Shown here in pieces: positions 1 through 9,762 of a stretch of 32,000 nucleotides of DNA. Origin of the DNA: a bacterium (GTDB lineage Bacteria; UBP7; UBA6624; JBBIMK01). The position numbers and the translations under genes are program-made. The notes below the pieces were generated by a model. That model saw only the letters and a list, made by a program, of their open reading frames with translations, was not told the DNA's origin and ran no database searches. Each line of letters starts with the position of its first letter. Positions within the stretch are counted from its first letter, which is position 1. The stretch lies in NCBI GenBank assembly GCA_037444445.1, contig JBBIMK010000001.1, forward strand, positions 60,001 through 92,000. Direction: 5' to 3'.

Positions 1-680
1 CTTATGGAGCCATCCGAGCAGTAAAGGGTATTTCTTTAGAAATCCCGGAGGGCTCCTGCGTGTGCTTAATTGGCGCCAATGGTGCGGGAAAGACCTCTAC
101 GCTCCGCGCCATTATGGGTTTAATCCGCGACCGGAAAGGGGAAATCTTATTGGATGGTCAGTCACTCATTCGCTGTAAACCCTATGAAGTAGTTCGTAAA
201 GGAATTGCCATGGTGCCGGAGGGAAGGCATATATTTCCTAACCTGACCGTAGAAGATAATCTCAAGATGGGCGCCTATTTTCGCACAAATTCTGTGGAAA
301 TTCAGAGTGACCTGGAGCGTGTATTTCAACTTTTCCCTCGGTTGAAGGAAAGAATCTATCAATTAGGGGGCACGCTCTCAGGGGGAGAGCAGCAAATGCT
401 CGCTGTGGCACGAGCACTGATGGCCCGTCCCCGCTATCTTCTCCTGGATGAACCCTCTTTAGGCCTGTCCCCTATTCTGGTGCAGGCAATTTACTATCAC
501 ATCCAGCAAATACGCCAGCAGGGGATTACACTTCTCCTCGTGGAACAGAACGCTCGGATGGCCTTAGAAGTTTCCGATTACGGTTATGTCCTCGAGACAG
601 GAAAAATTTACCTGCAAGGAAATTCATCAGAACTTTCTAACAATCCAGATGTCCAGAAAGCATACCTCGGCGAAACGTAA
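1..680 (+). CDS. livF: Branched-chain amino acid ABC transporter ATP-binding protein (LivF type), 5' end cut by window edge
   Basis: The frame stays open upstream of the track's GTG at nt 60, back to nt 3 (YGAIRAVKGISLEIPEGSC...). Walker A GANGAGKT, signature LSGGEQQ and Walker B LLLDEPSLGL are present. The product is colinear with E. coli LivF, including the C-terminal ...KAYLG. Confidence 0.9.
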   Translation, partial: YGAIRAVKGISLEIPEGSCVCLIGANGAGKTSTLRAIMGLIRDRKGEILLDGQSLIRCKPYEVVRKGIAMVPEGRHIFPNLTVEDNLKMGAYFRTNSVEIQSDLERVFQLFPRLKERIYQLGGTLSGGEQQMLAVARALMARPRYLLLDEPSLGLSPILVQAIYYHIQQIRQQGITLLLVEQNARMALEVSDYGYVLETGKIYLQGNSSELSNNPDVQKAYLGET

Positions 681-740
681 AAAGAAAGTATCCGGATTTC
701 AAACCTCACACTTCTATCGTCGGATGTCCTCATTGGCAAA

Positions 741-1826
741 CTAACAAATGCGTGGAAGTGGCTCCCCGGAGAGCATATCTACCACTCTATGTCCCCCCAC
801 GCGAGTTTCCAGAATCACCCGACCAGCAGGGTCAGCAATTACCTCTCCGATAACGGCGGAATCCTTACCATAAGGATGTTTTTTCATCGTCTCAAGGACT
901 AACTCCACTTTCTCCGATGGCACAATAGCAACCAGTTTACCTTCATTGGCTACATACAGAGGGTCTAAACCCAGAATTTCACAAGCACCTTTCACCTCCT
1001 CCTTAACGGGAATGCTGGCTTCTGTTATCTTTATGCCAACTTGCGACTTTTCAGCAATTTCATTCAGGACGGAGGCCAGTCCACCCCGAGTGGGGTCTCG
1101 TAAGCAACGCACCTCCGGGCAGGTTTCAAGAATACGCTCCACCAGAGGGTATAAAGGAGCAGTGTCGCTTTGTATCCGGGTTTCAAACTCTAAGCCTTCT
1201 CTGAGCGATAGAATTGCGACACCGTGGTCACCAATAGAACCGCTGAGAATGATTTTATCGCCCACCTTTGCACGCTCAGGGCCCACATGGACAGGTTTTT
1301 CAACAACTCCCACACCAGAAGTGGTGATAAAAATACCATCTCCCTTTCCTTTATTCACCACTTTCGTATCCCCGGTAACCAATAAAACATTTGCTTGCTG
1401 GCAAGCCTGCCTCATGGAAAGGGCAACTTGATAAAGGGATTCCATCGGAAATCCTTCTTCCAGGATGAGGGCAGCGCTGATGAAAAGGGGCTTCGCACCG
1501 CACATCGCCAGGTCATTCACAGTTCCATGAATGGAGAGAGAACCAATGTTACCCCCTGGAAAGAAAACAGGAGAAACCACATAGGAATCTGTGGTAAAAG
1601 CATAACGAACCCTGTTCATCTCAAAAACTGCTCCATCGTGCAGGGATTCAAGATAGGGATTGTGAAAACAGGGTAAAAACAGTTTTTTAATCAGGGTAGT
1701 CATAAGGCGGCCGCCGCCTCCGTGAGCCATTAAAATGGTTTCCATATCTCGGACAGGATTGGGGCAAACCAGTCCTTTCCACCGAGCAGATTCCTCGGGT
1801 TCAGGCAGTTGAGAGAAATCGTCCAT
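741..1826 (-). CDS. hypE: [NiFe] hydrogenase maturation protein HypE (carbamoyl dehydratase)
   Basis: 361 aa. Contains [27 protein letters not shown] and TGDTKV, and ends in the diagnostic PRIC. Colinear with E. coli HypE. An internal Met at nt 1745 is an alternative start. Overlaps hypD by 26 nt. Confidence 0.93.
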   Translation of the reverse strand: MDDFSQLPEPEESARWKGLVCPNPVRDMETILMAHGGGGRLMTTLIKKLFLPCFHNPYLESLHDGAVFEMNRVRYAFTTDSYVVSPVFFPGGNIGSLSIHGTVNDLAMCGAKPLFISAALILEEGFPMESLYQVALSMRQACQQANVLLVTGDTKVVNKGKGDGIFITTSGVGVVEKPVHVGPERAKVGDKIILSGSIGDHGVAILSLREGLEFETRIQSDTAPLYPLVERILETCPEVRCLRDPTRGGLASVLNEIAEKSQVGIKITEASIPVKEEVKGACEILGLDPLYVANEGKLVAIVPSEKVELVLETMKKHPYGKDSAVIGEVIADPAGRVILETRVGGHRVVDMLSGEPLPRIC

Positions 1827-2898
1827 AGCGATAATAGGCTGCGCAAGCCCCTTCTGTAGAAACCATAGGAGCGCCTAAGGGATGTTCGGGTGTGCATTCC
1901 TTTCCGAAAGCGATGCACTGATTAGGCTTCTTGATGCCCTGTAAAATTAGCCCGGCAACACAGATTTCCGATTCCTTTTGAGATATAGTGTCTACTGCGA
2001 AGCGTTTTTCAGCATCAAAGTTTTCAAAGTCTTTGGTGAGTTTTAATCCACTGCGAGGAATTCGCCCGATGCCTCGCCAGGACCTATCCGTGATTTCAAA
2101 AATTTCTCTGAGGAGTTTTTGGGCGTGAAGATTCCCTTCGGACTGGACGGAGCGGGTATATTGGTTTTCCACTTCTGCTCGTCCTTCCTCCAATTGTTTC
2201 ACTGCCATATAAGCACCTTGCATCAGGTCTGCAGGCTCAAAGCCCGTTACGACAATGGGCACATGATATTTTTCAGCGATGGGCTCATACTCCTGATATC
2301 CCATCACGGTGCATACATGCCCGGCTGCCAGGAAAGCATCTACACGGGATTCTGGCGTAGAAAGAATTAACTCCAGCGCGGGAGGCACCCGCACATGACT
2401 CACCAGAATTGAAAAGTTTCCCACGCGGGTTCTATAGGCCTGCCAGACAGCCATGGCATTGGCGGGAGCCGTCGTCTCAAATCCTACAGCAAAGAACACC
2501 ACTTCCCGATGGGGATTTTGACGCGCTATCCTTAAAGCATCCAGGGGAGAATACACCACCCGAACCTCTCCCCCCTCTGCTCTCACTTGCTGGAGGCTTT
2601 TCTTTGTGCCCGGAACCCTCAGCATATCGCCGAAAGAGCAGAAAATTACTCCGGGACGGGAAGCGATTTCTATTGCCTTATCCAGAAGTTCTAACGGTGT
2701 CACACATACCGGACAACCGGGACCATGAACCAGCGTGATTTTCTCCGGTAGCATCTCATCTATCCCGAACTGTAAAAGGGTATGGGTTTGCCCACCGCAC
2801 ACTTCCATTAACACCCAATCTCGACGCACGATGGACTCCAGTGCCTTCAGATACTTTCCCACCATTCCTCTGTCACGATATTCGTCTACATATCTCAC
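1801..2898 (-). CDS. hypD: [NiFe] hydrogenase maturation Fe-S protein HypD
   Basis: 365 aa with a GTG start. The N-terminus MRYVDEYR matches that of E. coli HypD. Motifs CGGQTH and GPGCPVCV, and the C-terminal [22 protein letters not shown], are present. Confidence 0.95.
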   Translation of the reverse strand: MRYVDEYRDRGMVGKYLKALESIVRRDWVLMEVCGGQTHTLLQFGIDEMLPEKITLVHGPGCPVCVTPLELLDKAIEIASRPGVIFCSFGDMLRVPGTKKSLQQVRAEGGEVRVVYSPLDALRIARQNPHREVVFFAVGFETTAPANAMAVWQAYRTRVGNFSILVSHVRVPPALELILSTPESRVDAFLAAGHVCTVMGYQEYEPIAEKYHVPIVVTGFEPADLMQGAYMAVKQLEEGRAEVENQYTRSVQSEGNLHAQKLLREIFEITDRSWRGIGRIPRSGLKLTKDFENFDAEKRFAVDTISQKESEICVAGLILQGIKKPNQCIAFGKECTPEHPLGAPMVSTEGACAAYYRYGRFLSTA

Positions 2899-2957
2899 CT
2901 TTATCCCTTCTCGGTCAAATCCTGAAAGAGCCCGCCTTTTATTTTCCTATCGTTTGT

Positions 2958-2986
2958 ATTATAACCTGTGAACGCCCAGAGTAAAA
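2958..2986 (-). promoter_or_regulatory. Candidate internal sigma70-like promoter ahead of hypD-hypE
   Basis: Read on the minus strand: TTTACT, 16 nt, TATAAT. It lies inside the only long gap (135 nt) of the hyp string. Seen by eye only; the -35 element is weak. Confidence 0.15.
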
Positions 2987-3033
2987 ATAGAACCTGTTCT
3001 CGGATGCCTCTTCCAGAGTTAAGACACAAAACC

Positions 3034-3309
3034 TCAGGCATTGCTGGAAGAGCTCTCCATACTTTTGAACTCTTGCTCCATTGCCCCGACCTGTTTCAAA
3101 TACTCCCACACAAACCGGGCTTCCTCTTTATCCACGATGCTGATGGCAAAGCCCACATGAACAATCACATAATCTCCCACCTTGACTTCAGGCACAAAGG
3201 AGAGGCAGACGGGTTTTAGAATCCCTCCGAAACTGACTTTTCCCATCACCAATCCCTGGGCGTCTTCCGGATAAACTTCCTTTACCTCTCCTGGAATTCC
3301 CAAACACAT
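3034..3309 (-). CDS. hypC: [NiFe] hydrogenase maturation chaperone HypC
   Basis: 91 aa starting MCLGIPGEV, the invariant HypC/HupF N-terminus with Cys2. Starts 7 nt after the hypF stop. Confidence 0.95.
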   Translation of the reverse strand: MCLGIPGEVKEVYPEDAQGLVMGKVSFGGILKPVCLSFVPEVKVGDYVIVHVGFAISIVDKEEARFVWEYLKQVGAMEQEFKSMESSSSNA

Positions 3310-3316
3310 ACCTCGT

Positions 3317-5653
3317 TCACCTCTCTGACTTTTTCATTATAACCCTGTAAGCCACGAAAATTTGTCCGGGTGAAATGCCTCCGTCGTTGGGTGGGATACG
3401 CTGATGAGTATATACTTGAAATCCCGCATTGGAAAGTTTTTGATAAGCAAGTTCCAGGAGTAAGGCGTTCTGAAAGCATCCCCCGGAAAGAACAATCTTT
3501 TCATTTCCTGCTCGTTTTGCAACCGCCACCATCATATCCACCAGGGTAAGATGAAATCTTTTAGCGATTTCCAAGATATGCCTTTCGGGATTTCTCAATT
3601 TTACAATCTCCTCCATCATCGGACCCCAATCTATCAGGATGGGGTTTTCACCCCTGAGTTCAAATGAGAAACCATCCGCGAAGTGATGAGAAGCCTGAAA
3701 TTCCACAGCCATGGCGGCCTGCGCTTCAAAACTGACCGTTTGGAAGAGTTCCAGAAGTGAGGCAAGAACATCAAAAAGCCTGCCCGCACTACTGGTAAGG
3801 GGGCAATTCACGCCCTTGTGAAGCATTTGCCGAATGACCCGAAGTTCCTGATGAGAAAAAGCACGAAGAGCAGGAGTATTCATATCAAAGGCTTTCTCAC
3901 CGAAAAGTTCATAAAGAAGCCCCAGGGCAACTCTACGGGGTTCATGAATTGCCATATCCCCACCGGGCAAGGGAAAAGTGCGTAAATGGGCAAATCTTCG
4001 GAAACCTGAAGGTGAACCAATAAGAAATTCCCCTCCCCATATAGTTCCATCCGTTCCATATCCTGTCCCGTCCCAGCAAATTCCCAGCGCTTCCCCATCC
4101 AATTCATTCTCCGCCATACAGGAAGCGATGTGAGCATGATGATGTTGAACATAAATAAGGGGCAAACCATTTTTATGGGTCCATTCTTCAGCCCACTGGG
4201 TTGAGAGGTAATCGGGATGCAGGTCGCAGGCAACTCCCACTAAACAAGGCTGAACTTCGTACAGCGCCAGGAAATCCTGAATCGTTTTTTCGAAGGTTTT
4301 CAGAGATTCCAGGGTTTCCAGGTCGCCGAGATGCTGGCTGATGAAAACATTTTTCCTCACGCTAATGGCAATTGTATTTTTCAAGTGTCCACCCACTGCA
4401 AGAATGGAAGGTAAATTTTCTTTCAGGTGAATTGGAAAAGGGGCGTATCCTCTTGCGCGTCTCAAAACCATCTCTTTGCCCAGAATTATCCGAATGATGG
4501 AATCATCAGCATGTCTCACGATAGGGCGGTTGTGGACGAGAAAAAGGTCGCATATTTTTCCAAGCCGTTTTAGAGATTCCTGTTCATCGGTACAGATGGG
4601 TTCATCCGTGAGATTCCCACTCGTGGCAATGACAGGACGCTTCACTTCACTCATAAACAGGTGGTGCATAGGGGTATAAGGGAGCATCACCCCCAGATAA
4701 GGATTGCCAGGAGCAATGTCATCAGGCAGGTCAGATTCCGGTTTTCTGGGGAGGAGGACGATGGGGTGTTCCGGAGATAACAGGGCTCGCTCTGCAAGTG
4801 GGGAAACCTGGCAATGCTTTTTAATGGTCAACAGGTCAGGAAACATCAGGGCAAAGGGCTTATCTTTGCGTGGTTTCCGGAGGCGAAGGGACCGGATTGC
4901 CTGTGGATTATAAGCATCTACCACAATCAGGAAACCTCCAAGCCCTTTGAAAGCCAGGATTTTCCCATCCAGTACAGCCTGAGCAGCCTGTTTCATCGCC
5001 TCATCATACTCCGCAAGGACTGAAGGCATTACACCCGTATTGCCTATCAGGGCATCCTCCGTCCGGCACCCGACGACCCACAATTGAAGGTGGGGACCAC
5101 AAACCGGGCAAGCAATGGGTTGCGCATGGAACCTTCGGTCGTTAGGGTCACGATATTCCCGAGCACAGTCCGGGCACATAGGGAAAATCTTCATAGAAGT
5201 ATTGGGGCGGTCATAAGGGAGGGACTCTACAATGGTAAACCTTGGCCCGCAATTCGTGCAATTGGTAAATGGGTAGCGGTATCGACGGTCAGCTGGATTC
5301 CACACTTCAGTCACACACTCATCGCAGGTAGCCACATCCGGAAGCACCAGGACAGTTTTCTCGCTTTCTTTCTCGCTCTCACGGATTTCAAAGGTGGTGT
5401 AGCCCACCGGGTCTAAAAAGGAAAATTCCAGCGACTGAATCCGTGCAAGGGGAGGTTTCTCCTTCTCTATCCGCAGAACAAAAGCATCCAGGATTTCTTT
5501 TTCTGCTTCTGCCTCAATAAACACGCCTTGCGACGAATTGAGCACCCAGCCTTTCAGCCCTAATTCAGTAGCCAGGCGGTAGACAAATGGGCGAAAACCC
5601 ACTCCTTGAACTGCCCCCCGAATCGTTGCCCTCAAACGCTGAGCCCTGTTCAT
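3317..5653 (-). CDS. hypF: Carbamoyltransferase HypF
   Basis: 778 aa. Acylphosphatase-like N-terminus (VQGVGFRPFVYRLA). Two zinc-finger pairs (CDEC...CTNCGPRFT and CPDC...CPVCGP). YrdC-like and Kae1-like C-terminal regions. Confidence 0.95.
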   Translation of the reverse strand: MNRAQRLRATIRGAVQGVGFRPFVYRLATELGLKGWVLNSSQGVFIEAEAEKEILDAFVLRIEKEKPPLARIQSLEFSFLDPVGYTTFEIRESEKESEKTVLVLPDVATCDECVTEVWNPADRRYRYPFTNCTNCGPRFTIVESLPYDRPNTSMKIFPMCPDCAREYRDPNDRRFHAQPIACPVCGPHLQLWVVGCRTEDALIGNTGVMPSVLAEYDEAMKQAAQAVLDGKILAFKGLGGFLIVVDAYNPQAIRSLRLRKPRKDKPFALMFPDLLTIKKHCQVSPLAERALLSPEHPIVLLPRKPESDLPDDIAPGNPYLGVMLPYTPMHHLFMSEVKRPVIATSGNLTDEPICTDEQESLKRLGKICDLFLVHNRPIVRHADDSIIRIILGKEMVLRRARGYAPFPIHLKENLPSILAVGGHLKNTIAISVRKNVFISQHLGDLETLESLKTFEKTIQDFLALYEVQPCLVGVACDLHPDYLSTQWAEEWTHKNGLPLIYVQHHHAHIASCMAENELDGEALGICWDGTGYGTDGTIWGGEFLIGSPSGFRRFAHLRTFPLPGGDMAIHEPRRVALGLLYELFGEKAFDMNTPALRAFSHQELRVIRQMLHKGVNCPLTSSAGRLFDVLASLLELFQTVSFEAQAAMAVEFQASHHFADGFSFELRGENPILIDWGPMMEEIVKLRNPERHILEIAKRFHLTLVDMMVAVAKRAGNEKIVLSGGCFQNALLLELAYQKLSNAGFQVYTHQRIPPNDGGISPGQIFVAYRVIMKKSER

Positions 5654-5669
5654 ATATCTTCACTATACT

Positions 5670-6017
5670 TCATTTCTCCATCTGGTAAGATTCAAGAACC
5701 AATCCCATGGGCTCAAGAGGCACAAGTTCCAGAGATTCACATTTTGGGCAGATATTCGGAAGTTCCTCCACTTCAAGCTCATAACCGCAGTTCTGACACT
5801 TCACCATACCAGGTAAAATTTCAAGGTCAAGAACCGCATTTTGAATTAAGGGATATTCCTTCTTGACCATTTCAAAGCTGAATTCCACATCATCAGAATC
5901 AAAGCCAGAAAGAGAACTCATCTTTAATTTCACCTTTGAAACGGAAAAGGCTTCCTTTTCTTTTGCTGTTTTCACCAGAACTTCCATCATTTCCCGAACG
6001 ATACTGAGTTCGTGCAT
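5670..6017 (-). CDS. hypA: Hydrogenase nickel-insertion protein HypA
   Basis: 115 aa. MHE N-terminus, which is the Ni site. Zn site CQNC-x12-CPKC. Confidence 0.9.
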   Translation of the reverse strand: MHELSIVREMMEVLVKTAKEKEAFSVSKVKLKMSSLSGFDSDDVEFSFEMVKKEYPLIQNAVLDLEILPGMVKCQNCGYELEVEELPNICPKCESLELVPLEPMGLVLESYQMEK

Positions 6018-6029
6018 TTCTGATATTCG

Positions 6030-6647
6030 CTAAATTCCTAATAGGCGTATCACAATTCCGGTGAGAGCAATAGCGCCTCCTGCTATCACATCAGAGCCAC
6101 GCTCCAGCCAGTGGACGCGCAATGAAGATATGCCCAGGTATGCGAAGTGAACCTGAACGAGCATCATCGCCACCGTAGCAAAAGCGAAAACGAGGAATAC
6201 GAAGAGCACCGCCATTCCACCTGAGGCATAAGCGGCAAAAACAAGGGGAATGAGCGGCTCGCAGGGACCGAATATTATGAGGGCAAAAAGGGTCCAGTAT
6301 GAAACAACTTTTGCCGGCTCTACCACCGGTAAATGCTTTTTCTTCAGGTTTTTCCATCCCCAAACCATATAGGCAATACCGAAGCCGATGAGGAGTAAGG
6401 AAGCCACATTCCCTCGTGCAGATTCCCATAAGTTTACTTGCTCCAAAGCGACACCCAGTAATATTCCCACACTGCTAATGAGAAGGCTGGACCCCACATG
6501 ACCTATACCTGCCAGGATTGTTATGGTCGTGAGCCTTCGCAAACTCCAGTTCTGTGCCTTTCCCAGCATCACAAATGGAAGCCAATGGTCAGGCGCAAGA
6601 GCATGTAACGCTCCCACCACCCCCGTGGAAATCATTAAAATATTCAT
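6030..6647 (-). CDS. Small polytopic membrane protein, putative Ni2+/Co2+ transporter (H-x4-DH motif)
   Basis: 205 aa, about six hydrophobic helices. The first helix carries HALAPDH, which fits the H-x4-DH signature of NiCoT-type transporters. ATGA start/stop overlap with the protease gene, and flanked by hyp genes. The CDS is solid; the function is inferred. Confidence 0.6.
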   Translation of the reverse strand: MNILMISTGVVGALHALAPDHWLPFVMLGKAQNWSLRRLTTITILAGIGHVGSSLLISSVGILLGVALEQVNLWESARGNVASLLLIGFGIAYMVWGWKNLKKKHLPVVEPAKVVSYWTLFALIIFGPCEPLIPLVFAAYASGGMAVLFVFLVFAFATVAMMLVQVHFAYLGISSLRVHWLERGSDVIAGGAIALTGIVIRLLGI

Positions 6648-7159
6648 TTCAACTCCCGACCCCTCTCTGAAATTTTCATCAAGTATTGTATCACTCTAAA
6701 AACCAGGCCGGGAATCGTTTCATTTACCTCTGGAGACAATTGGGTGCCCACAGTAAAAGGGTCTTTCACCTCTACTGCAAAAATTTTGAGCCTCCTGGGC
6801 ATAGGCAATCCCGTGGCATGTCCTAAAGCCCATACCTCTGAAATGCCCAGGTAATGCGGGGAAAGACCTTTAACCACTTTCAAATCTTCTTCTCCCAACT
6901 CATGCAACGAGCCGGGTGGAACCTTGCCTGTTTGTAGAGAATCCACGAGCACCAACTCATCATAACCGGTAATGTAATCCAGCAGTGCCAGCCCCATCTC
7001 CTCACTTTCCATAATGTCCACTAATGTTTCCTTTTGTGATGAAACAGGCTCATCTGGCATATTTTTCATCTGTTCCTGAACCTGACGAACGACCCGAAGC
7101 CCCACCGCATCATCGCTCCGCAGTTCATTCCCTAATCCGAGAAGAAGAACTTTCTTCAT
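6644..7159 (-). CDS. Hydrogenase maturation endopeptidase (HycI/HybD/FrhD family)
   Basis: 171 aa. The N-terminal VLLLGLGNELRSDDAVG motif is typical of large-subunit C-terminal processing proteases. Lies downstream of the large-subunit gene. Confidence 0.85.
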   Translation of the reverse strand: MKKVLLLGLGNELRSDDAVGLRVVRQVQEQMKNMPDEPVSSQKETLVDIMESEEMGLALLDYITGYDELVLVDSLQTGKVPPGSLHELGEEDLKVVKGLSPHYLGISEVWALGHATGLPMPRRLKIFAVEVKDPFTVGTQLSPEVNETIPGLVFRVIQYLMKISERGRELK

Positions 7160-7243
7160 ACACTCAAATAGAAATCCTTACGCTTTTCAATGGGAGGATT
7201 TTCACGGTATTCATTAACCGATTCATCAATATACTTTCCATCC

Positions 7244-8770
7244 TCATTCTTGTTTTAACTCCTGAAGGATTTTACCTGAATCGTCACGGATGGTGACGAG
7301 GAGAGGCATATGCCCCGGGAGGGAATGGGTAGCGCAGGCGTGGCAGGGGTCATAGGCGCGAAACGCCATCTCTATTTTATTCAGAAGCCCTTCCGAAACC
7401 TCGCCTTTGTGAATCAGCCCCTTCGCTGCCTTTTCCACGCTCATCGCAATCCGGGCGGAATTATTCTGAGTGGCAACAATGAGGTTCACTTTCCGAAGAA
7501 TTCCATTTTCATCAGTCTCGTAATGGTGAATCAGGGTTCCGCGAGGGGCTTCTACCACTCCGATGCCTATCTCTGGAGTCTCGGTCGGTATAACTCGCAG
7601 TTCTTTGCTGGTAATATCCGGTTCGTTAATCAGTTCGTTCATCCGCTCGGCGGCATACACCATTTCCACCACACGAGCCCAATGGGTGGCAAGGGTGTGA
7701 TGCACCGGCTTTCCACCGAGAACCGAATAAAACTCGTCGTGGGCTGTTTGGGCTTGTGGTGTGGCCATTCCATCGGAAGCATTCAATCTTGCAAGGGGAG
7801 CCACAGCATAAATCCCGCTCTCTATCCCGTCTGTGAAACCATTCCATCCTACCGGCTTGAGGTAGCAGAATTTCACATAACTCCAGGGTTCCACATGCTC
7901 CGCCACATAATCCAGGTATTTTTGAACCGGGAATCTGGCATATTCTTTCCCCTCTGGCGTTACCACCCGGATCAACCCGTCGTAGAAATTCACCCGGTTA
8001 TTTGCGTCCACCAGCCCCATGTAATAAGTTTTATGAGTATAAGTATCCGATGTGATAAGTTTCACATAATCAGGGTTTTTCAGGACGATATCGCGGAAAA
8101 CCTGAAGAGTGAAGAGGGCAAAATCCAGGCCATCCTTTGCCAATTGCTGAAAAGCAGGGAGGTCGGCGACAGCAATGCCCTTGGCTACACCACCGGGCAG
8201 TCCGAGAACAGGATGAATGACTTTCCCGCCCAGATAAGACAAAAATTCCCGAAGTCGCCGGCGCATCGTGATAACTTTTTTCCCGACCTCTACTCCCACC
8301 TTTTGTATCACTCCCACCACATTGCGGATTTCAGCAGGAGCGTCAGGTCCAACGATAAAATCAGGACCTCCGAGGATATACACATGTAGCGCATGGTCTT
8401 CCAGCATAAATGTGTTATACATTAATTCTCGGATTTTCTTTGCGGCAGGAGGAGGGTCCACTTTATACAGGTCATCCAGAGCCTTTGTAGAGGCTATATG
8501 ATGGGCAGTTGGGCAAACGCCGCAAATCCGGCTGGTAATCTGCGGCATATCTTCCGCTGGCCTTCCCAGACAAAACACCTCAAATCCGCGAAGTTCCGGA
8601 ACCTGAAAATATGCACGTTCTACCTCGCCTTTGTCGTCCAGGAAGATGTCTATCTTTCCGTGACCTTCCAACCGGGTGATGGGGTCTACGGTGACTCTCC
8701 TCTTTTCCATATAAGCCTCATTTGCTCTCCTTTGTGCTTCACTCCAAACTTTTTGAATCTCTTCTTTCAT
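7244..8770 (-). CDS. mvhA: [NiFe] hydrogenase large subunit, MvhA/VhuA-like (probable group 3c)
   Basis: 508 aa. Ni-Fe ligand motifs RICGVCPTAH (N-terminal) and DPCHACATH (C-terminal). The second is followed by a 26-aa tail (SLPGHMPLLV...), as expected for a protease-processed precursor. AGGAGG lies 9 nt upstream of the ATG. The group call rests on linkage to mvhD and hdrA. Confidence 0.9.
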   Translation of the reverse strand: MKEEIQKVWSEAQRRANEAYMEKRRVTVDPITRLEGHGKIDIFLDDKGEVERAYFQVPELRGFEVFCLGRPAEDMPQITSRICGVCPTAHHIASTKALDDLYKVDPPPAAKKIRELMYNTFMLEDHALHVYILGGPDFIVGPDAPAEIRNVVGVIQKVGVEVGKKVITMRRRLREFLSYLGGKVIHPVLGLPGGVAKGIAVADLPAFQQLAKDGLDFALFTLQVFRDIVLKNPDYVKLITSDTYTHKTYYMGLVDANNRVNFYDGLIRVVTPEGKEYARFPVQKYLDYVAEHVEPWSYVKFCYLKPVGWNGFTDGIESGIYAVAPLARLNASDGMATPQAQTAHDEFYSVLGGKPVHHTLATHWARVVEMVYAAERMNELINEPDITSKELRVIPTETPEIGIGVVEAPRGTLIHHYETDENGILRKVNLIVATQNNSARIAMSVEKAAKGLIHKGEVSEGLLNKIEMAFRAYDPCHACATHSLPGHMPLLVTIRDDSGKILQELKQE

Positions 8771-8787
8771 AATCCATGACCTCCTTT

Positions 8788-9762
8788 TTATTCTTTGGTT
8801 ACGACCTTCCTTCGGAGTAGGGACCTGGCTAACCCATACCGATAAAAAGTGCCCACCGGGTCAGGGATGTTAGAAAGAATCCTGTCAATCTCTGCCTCGT
8901 CCTTAGCATTCACAGAAGACGCCAGTGATGATAGAATCTTTGCCCCCTGGTCTTTGACGCGGGAAGTGGGGCCGAAGCATCCAGTGCAGGGCATATTGCC
9001 CTTGATGCACAGGGCTTCACAACCTCCACGAGTGGCTGGTCCCATACACACAACGCCCTGCGCGAGAAGACACTTTTCCGGGTCGAATTGGGTCCAATGA
9101 GGGCGTTTAAACTCAGTAAAACATAGGTCTGTGGGTTTTGTATCCTTTCGCGGGCATTCGTCACAGAGGGCGATGTCTGGAGCCAGCACTGTTCCTCTGG
9201 GTGGAAGGTTCCCGGAAAGAAGGGTCAGGAGCGCTTCCTTCAGGATTTTGGGAGTTGGCGCACATCCAGGAAGGTAGTAATCCACATCTACCACCTGGTC
9301 CAGGGAGCGGGTAACATTCCGGAACTCCGGTAAAGTAGCAGTTCTTCCATCATCTTGAAATCTCGTCACAGGGCGGGTTCTATCCGAATTCTGAACTGAG
9401 GGGGCTTCTTCATAAACATACTGGAGGATGCGCTCCCGGCTAAACTGGTTCGCGAGCGACGGAATACCTCCGAGGTAGGCGCAGGCGCCGTAGGCAATCA
9501 GGATTTTACTCTTTCGCCGGAGGAGGCGAGCCATTGCTTCCTGCTCGGAAGTTCGGATAGAGCCGTTAATCATCGTTACCAGGATAGCCCCATCTGGCAG
9601 GGCCTCTACATCCTTCTTTTTGAAATCCAGCGCCACGGGCCAGAAGATGATGTCTACTGCCTCCAGCACCATCAAAATGTCTTCTGCCAGGTCCACAATA
9701 GATTCTTCACAGCCCCCGCAGGAAGCGCACCAGTAAAAGGCGACTTTGGGTTTGTCAGACAT
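8788..9762 (-). CDS. mvhG: [NiFe] hydrogenase small subunit, MvhG-like, cytoplasmic
   Basis: 324 aa. N-terminal FYWCASCGGCEES. Further Cys clusters: CDECPRK, CMGPATRGGCEALC, CTGCFGP. No twin-arginine signal peptide. Overlaps mvhD by 8 nt. Confidence 0.85.
   Translation of the reverse strand: MSDKPKVAFYWCASCGGCEESIVDLAEDILMVLEAVDIIFWPVALDFKKKDVEALPDGAILVTMINGSIRTSEQEAMARLLRRKSKILIAYGACAYLGGIPSLANQFSRERILQYVYEEAPSVQNSDRTRPVTRFQDDGRTATLPEFRNVTRSLDQVVDVDYYLPGCAPTPKILKEALLTLLSGNLPPRGTVLAPDIALCDECPRKDTKPTDLCFTEFKRPHWTQFDPEKCLLAQGVVCMGPATRGGCEALCIKGNMPCTGCFGPTSRVKDQGAKILSSLASSVNAKDEAEIDRILSNIPDPVGTFYRYGLARSLLRRKVVTKE

Noticed and set aside
681-740. Possible terminator between the convergent livF and hypE genes (palindrome ATCCGGAT).
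   Set aside because: The palindrome has no loop and cannot form a meaningful hairpin. No stem-loop plus U-tract is visible on either strand.
7310-8389. 359-aa ORF on the plus strand, antisense to mvhA.
   Set aside because: It lies entirely inside a CDS with unambiguous [NiFe] large-subunit motifs on the other strand. Its translation is low-complexity (H/P/S/R-rich) with no recognisable motif or RBS. A typical shadow ORF.
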